Of a DNA stretch of 64,000 bases, positions 25,448-35,286 are shown in pieces. Each line of letters begins with the position of its first letter. Within the stretch, counting starts at the first letter, position 1. Source of the stretch: an uncultured Actinomycetes bacterium (GTDB lineage: Bacteria; Actinomycetota; UBA4738; JBBDTT01). The stretch is from NCBI GenBank assembly GCA_963742735.1, contig CAVUMN010000004.1:992001-1056000 (forward strand). Direction: 5' to 3'. The position numbers were made by a program, and so were the translations under genes. The notes below the pieces were generated by a model. It saw only the letters and a program-made list of their open reading frames with translations. It was not told the DNA's origin and searched no databases.

Positions 25448-26373
25448 TCATCTGGAGGACACGACCGGGACCCAGTCGCGGATCTTCCGGCGCATGAACG
25501 AGGCGACGGCGGTCACGACGGGTTTGCCCTCCGGGTTGCGGGCCTCCGAGCGAGCGACGATCAGTCCCTTGCCGCCGTGCACGACCTCGCCAGGTGATCG
25601 GCGATCCAGCAGAGCAGGCCGCCGTAGATGGTGCCCGAAGGCGACTGGAACCAGGGTCGCCGGGAAGGACGTCCGGCTGCGGCCGGGCTCGACGAAGAAG
25701 TTGAGGAACAGCCCGGTGAGGGACATGAAGGGGGCCGGCAGGGTTCCGCCGGAGATCATCCGCGCGATCTCGAGGCCGGTCAGGTCGGCGAGGCTCCGGT
25801 TGATCGAACAGTCCGTCGGGGATGGGGGGCTCGAAGGGGTCCGGGGAGTCGTAGACCGGTGGTTGCGTCTCCTCGAAGGTCACCACCTGCGGATCGACGG
25901 TGTGGATGAAGCACCGCGTGGTGGCGTGCGCCAGGAGGGTCCGTTGGCGTCGTCGATCCGGCCCTCGGAGGTCGCCTGCGTGCGGCCCGCGTCGATCAGC
26001 TGGCCGTGGGCGATGAGCCGCTCCGCGTCGACGCGCACCGGACGAAGGAAGGTGAAGTTGATGTCGGACGTGACCGGGACGGTCCACGGCGGGAGGGCGC
26101 TGAGGATGGCTCCTCCCAGCGCGTAGTCGGCGGCCGGGGCGGTGACGCCGTTCACGAAGAACCCCGCCTGGTCTGGAACCACGGCGAAGCCGGCATCACG
26201 GTGGTGCACGACCCATGCCCGACCTGGACCTGCCGGACCCCGGTGAGGTGTTGCATCGGCGCCCGGGGGGCGCGCCCGTCCATGAGGGCGCGCATGCGCT
26301 CAATGCCGGGCAGCGACAGGAAGCCGGGGCCGGGGATCCCGCCCCGGACCGGCTCGTCGAGGACCGGCGTCAC
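25448..26373 (-). pseudogene. PaaI/double-hotdog thioesterase, multiply frameshifted (decayed or sequence error)
   Basis: fragments DEPVRGG...MPASPWF, INFTFLRPV, TQATSEGRIDD, GKGLIVARSE spread over several frames. Confidence 0.65.
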
Positions 26374-26439
26374 CGTTCCCCTCACGGCCCGAACCCTTCG
26401 CATGGGCCGCCGCGGGGAGGGAAACCGGTCGGCGAGCTT

Positions 26440-27477
26440 CTAGGTCCGGATGGCGCGACCTCGTCGGCGAAGGACCGCTCCGGCGGTGATGAGCCCGAGG
26501 CCCACCAGGACGAGCAACCCGATGCTGGCACCGGTCACCGGAAGTGACCCCGACCCGGCGGGGGTGGGCCCCGTCGGACTGGTTCGCGGAATCACGGGCG
26601 CCCGAGTGGGAGTGCCGTCCCCGGCCGGGGGCACGGGCGTCGGCGAGGTCGTGTCGTCGGTAGGCGTGGGTGCCGGCACATCCGTCCCGGTGGGGGTCGG
26701 TAGCGGGATCACCGTTGAGGTCGGCGTTGGCGTCGGTGTCGAGGCGCACGACTCCCGCGTGATGCTGTTGGTGTCCATGGTGACCGCGCCGTTGCGGGCC
26801 AGCGCCCGGCCGCGGATCCTCGCGCCGGTCACCAGGGTGATCGATGCCAGCGCCATGATGGTCCCCTTGAACGCGGTGGAGGTACCCAGCGTCGCCGAGC
26901 TGCCGATCTTCCAGAAGACGTTGCAGGCGTCGGCGCCGTTGATGACGTCGACCCGGCTCCAGGTGGCGGTGATGAGGGTGCTCGCCGTCTGGAAGATGAA
27001 CACGGCGTGCGGGTCGCCCTCGGCGTCCAGGGTGAGCGTCCCGGTGATCCCGAAGGTCCCCGACGACGAGTTGTAGACGCCGGGCTTGAGGGTGGTCCCG
27101 CCCAGCTCCGTGGCGATGGTGGTGGCCGGACCTCGTCCGGCGGTGTCGTTGTACGCGGTGACCAGGTCCTTCTTGGCCTGGAGGGCGACGGCGTCGGCGA
27201 TGTGCACCTCGCCGTCCAGGGTCACGGCGGGGAATCCGGTCACGGCTGACCCGGGGTGCAGGCCCACGTCTCCGGTGATCACGGTGGGTCCGGTGTTGGT
27301 GATGGTCGAGCCGGCCAGGACCGCGAAGCTGGTGGCCGTTCCCAGGCCGACGGGCGCCTGCGCGGCCTGCGCAGCGGAGCCCGCGACGGTCAGGATCGAC
27401 AGGGTGGCCAGCGTGACGATCGTGATGATGCGCACCATCGTTCCGGCACGCGAAAGCTTGGTTGAGTCTGAGCGCAT
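26440..27477 (-). CDS. DUF3494 ice-binding-like protein with PT linker and LPVTG sortase anchor
   Basis: signal peptide, LGTATSFAVLAGSTITNTG, LKPGVY, VFIFQ, NVFWKIGSSATL; PT repeats; LPVTG + TM + RRR tail. Confidence 0.9.
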   Translation of the reverse strand: MRSDSTKLSRAGTMVRIITIVTLATLSILTVAGSAAQAAQAPVGLGTATSFAVLAGSTITNTGPTVITGDVGLHPGSAVTGFPAVTLDGEVHIADAVALQAKKDLVTAYNDTAGRGPATTIATELGGTTLKPGVYNSSSGTFGITGTLTLDAEGDPHAVFIFQTASTLITATWSRVDVINGADACNVFWKIGSSATLGTSTAFKGTIMALASITLVTGARIRGRALARNGAVTMDTNSITRESCASTPTPTPTSTVIPLPTPTGTDVPAPTPTDDTTSPTPVPPAGDGTPTRAPVIPRTSPTGPTPAGSGSLPVTGASIGLLVLVGLGLITAGAVLRRRGRAIRT

Positions 27478-27613
27478 GGAGTCCCCTCGCTGTTGACGAT
27501 CGAATGGTCAGGTCGAAACCAATGTCGCCTGAGGGGTATCTCGGAGGCGTTACCGGGCAAAACTGGCTTCTGCTCTTGTATCGACATCCCCGGCAGGAAG
27601 CTTGATGGAAATG

Positions 27614-27658
27614 AGCAACCGGGGTTGACAACATGGGTGGCTGTCAACTATGGTTGCT
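27614..27658 (+). promoter_or_regulatory. sigma70-type promoter overlapped by an inverted-repeat operator (leaderless HTH gene)
   Basis: TTGACA-N18-TATGGT-N6-ATG; inverted repeat AGCAACC..GTTGACA / TGTCAAC..GGTTGCT. Confidence 0.65.
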
Positions 27659-27660
27659 CC

Positions 27661-27903
27661 ATGGCCAGGTCGCGAAGCGTCACGACCGAGGAGCTGGATC
27701 CGCGGGAGGGATTGCGGGCCGTGGTCGCCCTGCGAGAGCTCGCCGATCGCCTGGAGGAAGCGCACGTAACCCGGGCCGTCCGCCTCGGTTGGCCCTGGGT
27801 TCGCATCGCCGAGGCGCTGAACGTCACCCGCCAGGCCGTGCACAAGAAGCATGCCGCCCGGCTGCGCGGTCAGGGGATCACGACTGGAGGACGAGATGGT
27901 TGA
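27661..27903 (+). CDS. small HTH DNA-binding protein
   Basis: GWPWVRIAEALNVTRQAVHKKH. Confidence 0.85.
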   Translation: MARSRSVTTEELDPREGLRAVVALRELADRLEEAHVTRAVRLGWPWVRIAEALNVTRQAVHKKHAARLRGQGITTGGRDG

Positions 27904-28366
27904 GCGATTGGGCCGGGGCGCCAGGGCAACGATCCGCCGGGCGCAGCTGCGCGCTCGGGCGGAGGGAGCCCGCACGGTGGAGGCCGCGGACTTGTTGCTG
28001 GCGCTGGTGGAGGCGCCGAGCGGACCTGCGGGGACGGTTCTGGCGGACCTCGGGATCGATCAGGGCGTGGTCCGCGAGGGCCTGCGCCGCGAGTTCGAGA
28101 GCGCGCTCGGGGCGGTCGGCGTGCACGACGCCGTTCCTCCCCGCCCGATGCCTCCGGGCTCCAGGCGCGCCCCGTTCCCCAAGTGGGGCGAGTCCGCGAA
28201 GCTGGCGCTCAAGCGCGCGCTCGAGGAGGCGATCCGCCGGGGGGAGCGGCCCCTGGCGAACGAACATCTGCTGCGAGCCATCGTCAACGCCGAAGCCGGG
28301 GTCATCCCTCGGCTTCTCGAGCAGCTCGAGGTCACTCCGGCCCAGGTTCACGCGGCGCTCGGATAG
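27896..28366 (+). CDS. Clp N-terminal repeat domain protein
   Basis: VEAADLLLAL, AKLALKRALEEA...EHLLRAI. Confidence 0.85.
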   Translation: MVERLGRGARATIRRAQLRARAEGARTVEAADLLLALVEAPSGPAGTVLADLGIDQGVVREGLRREFESALGAVGVHDAVPPRPMPPGSRRAPFPKWGESAKLALKRALEEAIRRGERPLANEHLLRAIVNAEAGVIPRLLEQLEVTPAQVHAALG

Positions 28367-28395
28367 TCTCGGCGCTCCAGGCGGAAGGAGACAGC

Positions 28396-29085
28396 ATGCG
28401 GTTCGGGGTTCTCGGGTCGGGGATGGTGGGCCGCGCCATCGCGGCCAAGGTGCTCTCGCTCGGGCACGGCGCGATGATCGGCACGCGGGATCCGAAGGAG
28501 CTGATGGCCCGCGCGGGACCGGATCCGCGCGGGCGGGAGTCGTTCGCCGAGTGGCGGAAGCGGAACCCCGAGCCGGAGCTCGGAACGTTCGAGGAGGCGG
28601 CGGCCGCGGCGGAGATCGTGGTGAACGCCACCGCCGGGGACGGCTCGCTGGACGCCCTTGCCGCGGCCGGCGCCGACAACCTGGGCGGGAAGATCCTCAT
28701 CGACATCGCCAACCCGCTGGACTACTCGCGGGGCATGCCGCCGAGCCTGTTCGTGCCGAGCACCGACTCACTGGCAGAGCAGATTCAGCGAGCCTTTCCT
28801 CAGGCGCTCGTGGTCAAGACGCTCAACACCGTGACGGCGGCGGTGATGGTCGACCCCGGATCGGTCGGCGGCGGCGACCACGACGTCTTCGTGAGCGGCG
28901 ACGACCAGACGTCGAAGGACACCGTGATCGAGCTGCTGCGGTCGTTCGGCTGGACGCGGATCAGCGACCTGGGCGGGCTGGCTTCGGCCCGCGCCGTCGA
29001 GATGTACCTGCCGCTGTGGGTCGCGAACATGGGGGTGCTGGGCACCCCCATGTTCAACGTGAAGCTCGTCCGCGCCGAGCCCTGA
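28396..29085 (+). CDS. NADPH-dependent F420 reductase family oxidoreductase
   Basis: GVLGSGMVG, IDIANPLD, VVKTLNT. Confidence 0.88.
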   Translation: MRFGVLGSGMVGRAIAAKVLSLGHGAMIGTRDPKELMARAGPDPRGRESFAEWRKRNPEPELGTFEEAAAAAEIVVNATAGDGSLDALAAAGADNLGGKILIDIANPLDYSRGMPPSLFVPSTDSLAEQIQRAFPQALVVKTLNTVTAAVMVDPGSVGGGDHDVFVSGDDQTSKDTVIELLRSFGWTRISDLGGLASARAVEMYLPLWVANMGVLGTPMFNVKLVRAEP

Positions 29086-29144
29086 CCGGGCTCAGGCGTG
29101 GGACCCTCGGCAGCCGGCTCGCCGGGTGGGGGTATCGTGCTGGG

Positions 29145-29603
29145 ATGCCGTCGGACCGTCCCTACATCGAAGACAACGACCGGGAACGCGAGCGCCTGCG
29201 TGCCTTGATCGCGGAAGCGGGTGACGAGGAGCTGGGCCGGCCCGTGAACCCGGAGTGGACGGTGGCCGGCGTGCTCGGGCACGTCGCGTTCTGGGACGCG
29301 CGCGCCCTGCTGCTGGGGCGCAAGCTCGAGCGGGGCGTGCCGTTCTCGCCGTCGGACGACGAGCCGGAGGACGTGGACTGGATCAACGACGCCACGCGCC
29401 CCTTCCTCCACGCGATGGACCCGCGCGAGCTCGCCGAGCTCGCCCTCGGGCTGGCCGAGGAGACCGATGGCCTGATGGCGTCCCTCGACCCGGCGCGGAT
29501 GTATCCGAGCGACGAGTCGAGCCCGCTGAACGCCCTGCGCGCGAGCCATCGCGGCGAGCACCTCGACGAGATCGAGGCCGCCCTGCGGGGCAAGGAGGCG
29601 TGA
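29145..29603 (+). CDS. DinB/MDMPI-like metal-binding protein
   Basis: WTVAGVLGHVAFWD; C-terminal HRGEHLDEIE. Confidence 0.8.
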   Translation: MPSDRPYIEDNDRERERLRALIAEAGDEELGRPVNPEWTVAGVLGHVAFWDARALLLGRKLERGVPFSPSDDEPEDVDWINDATRPFLHAMDPRELAELALGLAEETDGLMASLDPARMYPSDESSPLNALRASHRGEHLDEIEAALRGKEA

Positions 29604-30157
29604 ACCGCGAGCCGGGGCCGACGGTCAGGCGGGCGACGAGCGACGAGCTGACGGGCGATGAGCTCACCGCGCTCCACGCGCTGTTCGACGCGTCCTGGCC
29701 GGACCCGGACGACCGGTTCACACAGGACGACTTCGACCACGCGACGGGCGGCGTCCATTTCCTGAGCGAGGCCGACGGCGCGATCGTCTCGCATGCCTCC
29801 GTCGTCGAACGGCGGCTGGAGGCCGGCGGCGTTCGCCTCCGGGCCGGGTACGTCGAGGGGGTGGCCACCCTGCCCGGCCATCGTGGGCTGGGCCACGCGA
29901 CGGCCGTCATGCAGGCCGCCGGGCGGCACATCGACGAGACGTACGAGATCGGGGTGCTGGGCACCGAGATCCATGCGTTCTACGGCCGGCTCGGGTGGGT
30001 TCCGTGGAAGGGTCGGACGTTCGTGCGAACGGAAGACGGGCTCGTGCCGACTCCGGATGACGACGGCTACCTGCTGTTCCGCCTCACCCCGAACTCTCCG
30101 ACGCTCGACCCCTCCGCCCCGATCAGCTGTGAGTGGCGGCCGGGAGACGTCTGGTAG
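29600..30157 (+). CDS. GNAT acetyltransferase, AAC(2')-I-like
   Basis: DFDHATGGVH, SHASVVERR, GYVEGVAT...RGLG, FYGRLGW, C-terminal WRPGDVW. Confidence 0.85.
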   Translation: MNREPGPTVRRATSDELTGDELTALHALFDASWPDPDDRFTQDDFDHATGGVHFLSEADGAIVSHASVVERRLEAGGVRLRAGYVEGVATLPGHRGLGHATAVMQAAGRHIDETYEIGVLGTEIHAFYGRLGWVPWKGRTFVRTEDGLVPTPDDDGYLLFRLTPNSPTLDPSAPISCEWRPGDVW

Positions 30158-30173
30158 ACGCGCGCGGTCGCGG

Positions 30174-30425
30174 TTACGCTCCTTCCTGGACCTCGAAGAT
30201 GTCGTTGGCCACCAGGCCGTGCGCCTCACGGTGGACCCGAACGGCGGTCTCGGGGTCGGGTGCCTCGACGAGACAGAAGATCTTGCCGCCCTTCTCGTCC
30301 ACCCAGTAGCTCTTGTAGTCGACTCCGTACTCGCCCTGCTTCTCGAGGTCCGCCGCGTGCGCCTTGGCGACGTCCGCGGCCGATACGCCGCCGTCGATGT
30401 TGTGCATGTCCATGTACAAAGGCAT
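30174..30425 (-). CDS. DUF4242 / SCO4226-like protein
   Basis: AHAADL...YWVDEKGGKIFCLVEAP...VHREAHGL. Confidence 0.85.
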   Translation of the reverse strand: MPLYMDMHNIDGGVSAADVAKAHAADLEKQGEYGVDYKSYWVDEKGGKIFCLVEAPDPETAVRVHREAHGLVANDIFEVQEGA

Positions 30426-30519
30426 GTCGCCACCTCCTCGTGTCGTCCTGGACTCTAGCGCCGCGAGATGGGTTTCACTCAGGCACCCTGGCGTGGCGGT
30501 TGTTCGCGGTGACGTCTGG

Positions 30520-31149
30520 CTAGGCCCCCAGCCGGAACGGCGGGTACCGGTCGGTCACGAGCGTGAAGGCGTAGGCCGTCACGCGGGCGTTCCACCGGAG
30601 GACCCCGGCCATGTAGTCGAACAGCCCCCGCGGGTACCGCCCCGTGAACAGGATGGCGAACCACGCGAAGAGCCCCGCGAATACCGCGCCGACGAAGAGG
30701 AAGACGAGCACGACGTAGTGGGGGATGGCCAGGAACCACTTGACCAGCGGGAGCCACCGGTTCAGGTCTCGGGCCGCGTCCGGGAAGTCGTAGTCCAGGT
30801 GCACCGACTGCTGCTCGTCGGTGGAGGGGTACCGGTCGTCCATCAGCGCAAGGTACGCGCCCACCCGCGCGCCGAAGCGCTGGAGCTCGAGGTTCCAGTC
30901 GAACCACCACCGCGGGTACTTCTGACGGAACACGATCATGAGCAGCGGACCGAAGAACAGCAGCCCGCCGGCCCCCGCAGCGACGTATCCGCCGTGCTTG
31001 GCGCTCCACTGCCAGGTCGAGCCCGAGACGCTCGCCAGCACGACGAGGATCGGGATCGCCACGATGATCCGGAAGGCCGTGGTCAGACGGTTCAGCGACC
31101 GGTCGGGGTAGTCGACCGAGAAGCCGACCGGGTAGGTCGTGTCGGGCAT
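30520..31149 (-). CDS. DUF4389 membrane protein
   Basis: duplicated LNR..IP..RYPR..D.YP unit. Confidence 0.85.
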   Translation of the reverse strand: MPDTTYPVGFSVDYPDRSLNRLTTAFRIIVAIPILVVLASVSGSTWQWSAKHGGYVAAGAGGLLFFGPLLMIVFRQKYPRWWFDWNLELQRFGARVGAYLALMDDRYPSTDEQQSVHLDYDFPDAARDLNRWLPLVKWFLAIPHYVVLVFLFVGAVFAGLFAWFAILFTGRYPRGLFDYMAGVLRWNARVTAYAFTLVTDRYPPFRLGA

Positions 31150-31283
31150 CGCGCACCTCCGTGGATCCTGCGTTGGTCCAACCTGGTGACCTTGGGTCGG
31201 GGCCCGGAGTGCGCGAACCGTGCTCTGGGGTTCGGCTCCTTGAGGCTATGCCTATCCGAGGCCGACGAACATGACAGAAAGGG

Positions 31284-32300
31284 TCAGCTCTTCTTGGCGC
31301 GGCTGCGGGAGACGCGGGGCGGCTCGTTGGGTTGCTTCGGATAGACCGGAGGCCACGGCGCGTCCATCAGCCCGTCGGCGAGGTCCTTCTCGTGCATCGT
31401 GAGCAGGGGCTCGATCGACTGCGGGCTCGCGTTCATGTCCTCCCACGGGTCTCCGCCGGCGTCGATCCGGGCCGGGAGCGACTGGACGGTGAGCTCGTCC
31501 GGGTGGACCGCGTCCACGTCCTCCCACAACAGCGGCGTCGACACCTGGGCGCCTGGGCGGGCCCGAACACACCACGCGCCGAACACGGTCTTGTGCGGCG
31601 CGTTCTGGTTGAAGTCGACGAACACGCGCTCGCCGCGGTCCTCCTTCCACCACTGGGCGGTGATGAGGTCGGGACGGCGCCGCTCGAGTTCGCGGGCCGT
31701 CGCTACCACCGCCGCCCGGACCTGGTACGAGTCCCAGCGCGGCTCGAGCCGGACGTACACGTGCAGTCCCCGGTTTCCGGTCGTCTTCGGGTACCCGGCG
31801 ATGCCCAGCTCGTCGAGGAGCGCCCTGACCTCCCGGGCGGCCTCGCGGATGTGCGTGAAGTCCGTCCCCGGCTGGGGATCGAGGTCGATCCGGAGCTCGT
31901 CGGTGAACTCCGGCTCGGCCGCCAGGTAGGGCCACACGTGGAAGCCGAGGCATCCGAGGTTGACGGCCCACGCGACGTGCGCGAGGTCGGCGCACACCAG
32001 CGCGCGAGAGGTGGTCCCGTTGGGCGTGGAGACGATGGTCGTCTCGAGCCAGTCGGGCGCGTTCTCGGGCACGCGCTTCTGGAAGAACGACGAGCCGGTC
32101 GCCCCGTTCGGGAATCGCTGCAGCAGAAGCGGGCGGCCGCCCATGGTTCGCATCACGGCCTCGGCGAAGCGCAGGTAGTGGTTGACCAGGTCGAGCTTCG
32201 TCTCGCCGCGCTCCGGGAACATCACCTTGCGCGGGTTGCTGATCGTGACCTCGTGGCCGTCGATCTCGAGGGGTTCCTCGTCCTTCGGTTTGGCCGCCAC
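31284..32300 (-). CDS. LigD polymerase-domain (primase-polymerase) stand-alone protein
   Basis: SNPRKVMFP, QRFPNG, FFQKRVP, DLDPQP, KTTGNRGLH, FVDFNQNA. Confidence 0.9.
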   Translation of the reverse strand: MAAKPKDEEPLEIDGHEVTISNPRKVMFPERGETKLDLVNHYLRFAEAVMRTMGGRPLLLQRFPNGATGSSFFQKRVPENAPDWLETTIVSTPNGTTSRALVCADLAHVAWAVNLGCLGFHVWPYLAAEPEFTDELRIDLDPQPGTDFTHIREAAREVRALLDELGIAGYPKTTGNRGLHVYVRLEPRWDSYQVRAAVVATARELERRRPDLITAQWWKEDRGERVFVDFNQNAPHKTVFGAWCVRARPGAQVSTPLLWEDVDAVHPDELTVQSLPARIDAGGDPWEDMNASPQSIEPLLTMHEKDLADGLMDAPWPPVYPKQPNEPPRVSRSRAKKS

Positions 32301-32310
32301 GGGCCCGATG

Positions 32311-32607
32311 CTAGCGCGAGTGCTTCCGCCGGCCTCCGAGGAAGCCACCACCGAACAGAATCCCGGTGCCGAGCACGAAGCCGAAGTCGTACCAGTTCCC
32401 TCGGTTGTGCACCTCGTAGACGCTCACGTCGTCGGTGAACAGGGAGATGAAGAAGGTGAACGGGGCGATGATGCCCTGCCACAGGCCGCGCCAGAACCCG
32501 GCGACGCCCTTGCCCTCCTGGGGCATCCCGACCTCGGGGTTCGGCCCGGGCACGCAGGCGACCAGCAGGATCAGCAGGACGACGGCGGCGAGGGCGGCCT
32601 TGCGCAT
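32311..32607 (-). CDS. small lipoprotein/membrane protein
   Basis: lipobox LVAC; GFWRGLWQG; YEVHNRGNWYDFGF. Confidence 0.75.
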   Translation of the reverse strand: MRKAALAAVVLLILLVACVPGPNPEVGMPQEGKGVAGFWRGLWQGIIAPFTFFISLFTDDVSVYEVHNRGNWYDFGFVLGTGILFGGGFLGGRRKHSR

Positions 32608-34091
32608 CACGCTCCCATTCTCGCAGCGCTTCGAGTCGCCGGGGCGCAACGTCCGGGAAGCAGCGATGCCCCGGCGATCTGCCGCGCCGTGACCGTCGAG
32701 CCGCCGCGGGCGTCGTCCCCCCACACGAGGTGGGCCATGCCGCAGCGGTCGATGGCGATGCTCTGGAAGTCGCGAAGGCTCCAGTCGTAGAGCCTCGAGC
32801 CGAGGTTGCCGGCGGCGTTGATCCCGCCGGTGTGCACCGGACGTGCGCCGCTGACCCGGCTCCGGCGGATCACGGGATGGTCGGTTGCGGCGTTCACGAC
32901 CTGGGCGAACATCTCCGCCCACATGGCGTCCTCCGAGGTGAAGTCGGGGGAGGCCGATCCGTACCACGAGAGGGCGACCCGGCCCGGGCCGCCCGCCACG
33001 AGCGCGGGCATGACGTTCGAGCCCGTGCCGGGCGCGTCGATCCTGGCCGGGGCGCTCCAGCTCGCGCCACCGTCCCGGGAGTGGGTCAGGTAGATGTGGG
33101 TCTCGGTCCCGGTTCCCAGGCGCAGGGAGAACGCCGAGTACAGCGTTCCAGCGCGGTCGATGGCCAACGCGGGAAGCACGTGGGCCAGGCTCCCTCCGCG
33201 GGCGGACGGGCCGAAGGCTTCCACCACGTCCAGGGCCAGGTGATTGGTCCAGGTCCGCCCGGCGTCCTCGGATGTGGCCAGCCAGAGCTGGGGCAGCGGG
33301 AACTCCCGGGCGGGTTGTCCGGCCTGCGGGGAGGGGACACCGGCGAGATCGGACAGTGCGCCCGTCGCGTAGAGCAGGTACAGGCGATCCCGGCGCACGG
33401 GGTCGATGAGCGGCCGGCTCGTCAGCGCCAGCGAAGCCACGTGCTCGAGCCCCGTCACCAGCGTGGGGCCTGAGAAGGTCCTCGCGTGGTCCGCGGAGCG
33501 CCACACGACGACGTTGCCGATCCCCTCGCTGTTGAACATGAAGACCGATCCGGGGTGCCGGGGGTCGGCGACGAGCCAGGGCCGGTCGGGCTGGTCCGTG
33601 CCGTGGGGCGGCGGGAACGCCGCCGGACCGTGCCAGGTCTTCCCGTCCGGCGAGGCGAACACCTGGACCCTCGGGCTGAAAGGCTCCTCCGGCGGGTCCG
33701 CGTACCCCAGGTTCAGGACGTACAGGTGTCCGTCCGGCCCGATCGCGGCGTCGGCGTCACCCGTGAACGCGGCGGTGGGGTCGAGGTCCCGACCCGTTGC
33801 CCAGGTCCGTCCGTCGTCGCGTGAGATCCACCACGTGGGCGGCACGCCCGCGTTCGCCTGGGCCGCGCTCACGATGGCGGTCCGCCCCCGCCCGAAGACG
33901 ATCCCGGGCTCCGCGAACGATGCCGGCGGCGCGCCGGCCGGTACGGGCAGCGTCGTCGTGCTCCACCGGAAGGAGGGGGCGGCGCGACCGGCGGCCGTCA
34001 CCGGGGCGGTGCCCCACGCCTGGACGAGGGCGGCGATCAACACGCAGCAGCCCAGCGCCGCCGCCAGCTTCCGGCCTCCGCCCTGGGCCAC
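32607..34091 (-). CDS. secreted BNR/Asp-box (sialidase-like) beta-propeller protein
   Basis: signal peptide; SRDDGRTW, SPDGKTW, SEDAGRTW, SRDGGASW repeats. Confidence 0.8.
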   Translation of the reverse strand: MAQGGGRKLAAALGCCVLIAALVQAWGTAPVTAAGRAAPSFRWSTTTLPVPAGAPPASFAEPGIVFGRGRTAIVSAAQANAGVPPTWWISRDDGRTWATGRDLDPTAAFTGDADAAIGPDGHLYVLNLGYADPPEEPFSPRVQVFASPDGKTWHGPAAFPPPHGTDQPDRPWLVADPRHPGSVFMFNSEGIGNVVVWRSADHARTFSGPTLVTGLEHVASLALTSRPLIDPVRRDRLYLLYATGALSDLAGVPSPQAGQPAREFPLPQLWLATSEDAGRTWTNHLALDVVEAFGPSARGGSLAHVLPALAIDRAGTLYSAFSLRLGTGTETHIYLTHSRDGGASWSAPARIDAPGTGSNVMPALVAGGPGRVALSWYGSASPDFTSEDAMWAEMFAQVVNAATDHPVIRRSRVSGARPVHTGGINAAGNLGSRLYDWSLRDFQSIAIDRCGMAHLVWGDDARGGSTVTARQIAGASLLPGRCAPATRSAARMGA

Positions 34092-34207
34092 GTCAGGATC
34101 GTACCGAGCCCGGCCGCCCGTGTAACGTCCGGGCGACCTCCGACCAAGTACGGGTGTAGCCGAAAAGCGAGGAGGGGCGTGGTCGTGGCGGGTCGAGCTC
34201 GAGAGAG

Positions 34208-34430
34208 GTGCACCGGATCGCGAATGACCCGGAGGCGCTCGAGGCCTTCTGTCGAGCCCACGTCGACCGGGTGCAGCGGTTCGTGGCCCGCCGGACGGCC
34301 GATCCGTATCTGGCCGCCGACCTGACCGCCGAGGTGTTCCTGGCCGCGATCGGCTCGGCCCACACCTACCGCTCCGGTCTCGGGGAGCCCGCGTATTGGC
34401 TCTACGGCATCGCGCGCAACGTCGTCGCAC
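34208..34430 (+). pseudogene. truncated ECF sigma factor (region 2 only)
   Basis: AADLTAEVFLAA...WLYGIARNVV, then homology is lost; no region 4. Confidence 0.7.
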
Positions 34431-34500
34431 CCGGACGGCTGAGTAGGGCGTTCCGGGATCGAGGCGCCGGCCCCGGACCGGATAGTCTCCCGGCATCGCG

Positions 34501-34530
34501 AGAGCGGGCCCCGAAAAGGGGCTCGCTTTC
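34501..34530 (+). terminator. hairpin terminator
   Basis: GAGCGGGCCCC-GAAAA-GGGGCTCGCTTTC. Confidence 0.5.
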
Positions 34531-34551
34531 TGGGTTGAGAGGAGGCACGCG

Positions 34552-35097
34552 GTGGCCCTCTACGTCGCCCTGCTGCGTGGGATCAACGTCGGCGGCAAGA
34601 ACCTGATCAAGATGTCGGCGCTGAAGGACTGCTTCGAGGCCGGCGGGTTCGACGAGGTCGCCACCTACATCGCGAGCGGGAACGTCCTGTTTCGCGCCAC
34701 CGAGGCAGCTCCGGCCCTCACGGAGCGCATCGAAAAGCTCCTCAGCAAGACGTTCGACTACCGGGCGGCCGTCGTGGTCCGGAGCCATACCCAGATGCGC
34801 GCGATCGTCGAGGGTGCGCCGAAGCGGTTCGGCGCCGATCCCGCGACGTACCACTCCGACGTCATCTTTCTGAAGCCGCCGCTCACGGCGAAGGCCGCGC
34901 TGAAGCAGATGCCCACGAAGGAGGGCGTCGACGAGGCCCACGCGGGCCGGGGAGCGATCTACTTCGCGCGGCTCTCGAGCAAGGCGGCGCAGAGCCGTCT
35001 GAGCCGTGTCGTGTCCATGCCCATCTACCAGAGCATGACCATCCGCAGCTGGAGCACGACGACGAAGCTGCAGCGGCTGATCGAGGAACGATCGTGA
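34552..35097 (+). CDS. DUF1697 family protein
   Basis: YVALLRGINVGG, TYIASGNV, TIRSWST. Confidence 0.9.
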   Translation: MALYVALLRGINVGGKNLIKMSALKDCFEAGGFDEVATYIASGNVLFRATEAAPALTERIEKLLSKTFDYRAAVVVRSHTQMRAIVEGAPKRFGADPATYHSDVIFLKPPLTAKAALKQMPTKEGVDEAHAGRGAIYFARLSSKAAQSRLSRVVSMPIYQSMTIRSWSTTTKLQRLIEERS

Positions 35098-35129
35098 CCG
35101 GGTACGCGCGGGCGGCGGCCGTCTTCCTG

Positions 35130-35190
35130 GCCGTGATGGCGGTCTTCGACGACACCTGCGGCAACCTGATCCAGCTCGCCAGCATGAAGT
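35130..35190 (+). pseudogene. C-terminal remnant of a VOC/glyoxalase gene
   Basis: AVFDDTCGNLIQL motif without the rest of the domain. Confidence 0.55.
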
Positions 35191-35286
35191 ACGGGCGCCG
35201 ACGAGATCCGGTTCCGGCCACTGGCCGAGCTCGAAGACGCGAGCGACAAGCCGATCGCCGTGTGACCTCGGGGCGGTGAGCTTCGC

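Noticed and set aside
26640-26740. Short tandem repeats here and at 60370-60520 as a CRISPR or repeat array
   Set aside because: They encode Pro/Thr linkers; there is no repeat-spacer structure and no cas gene
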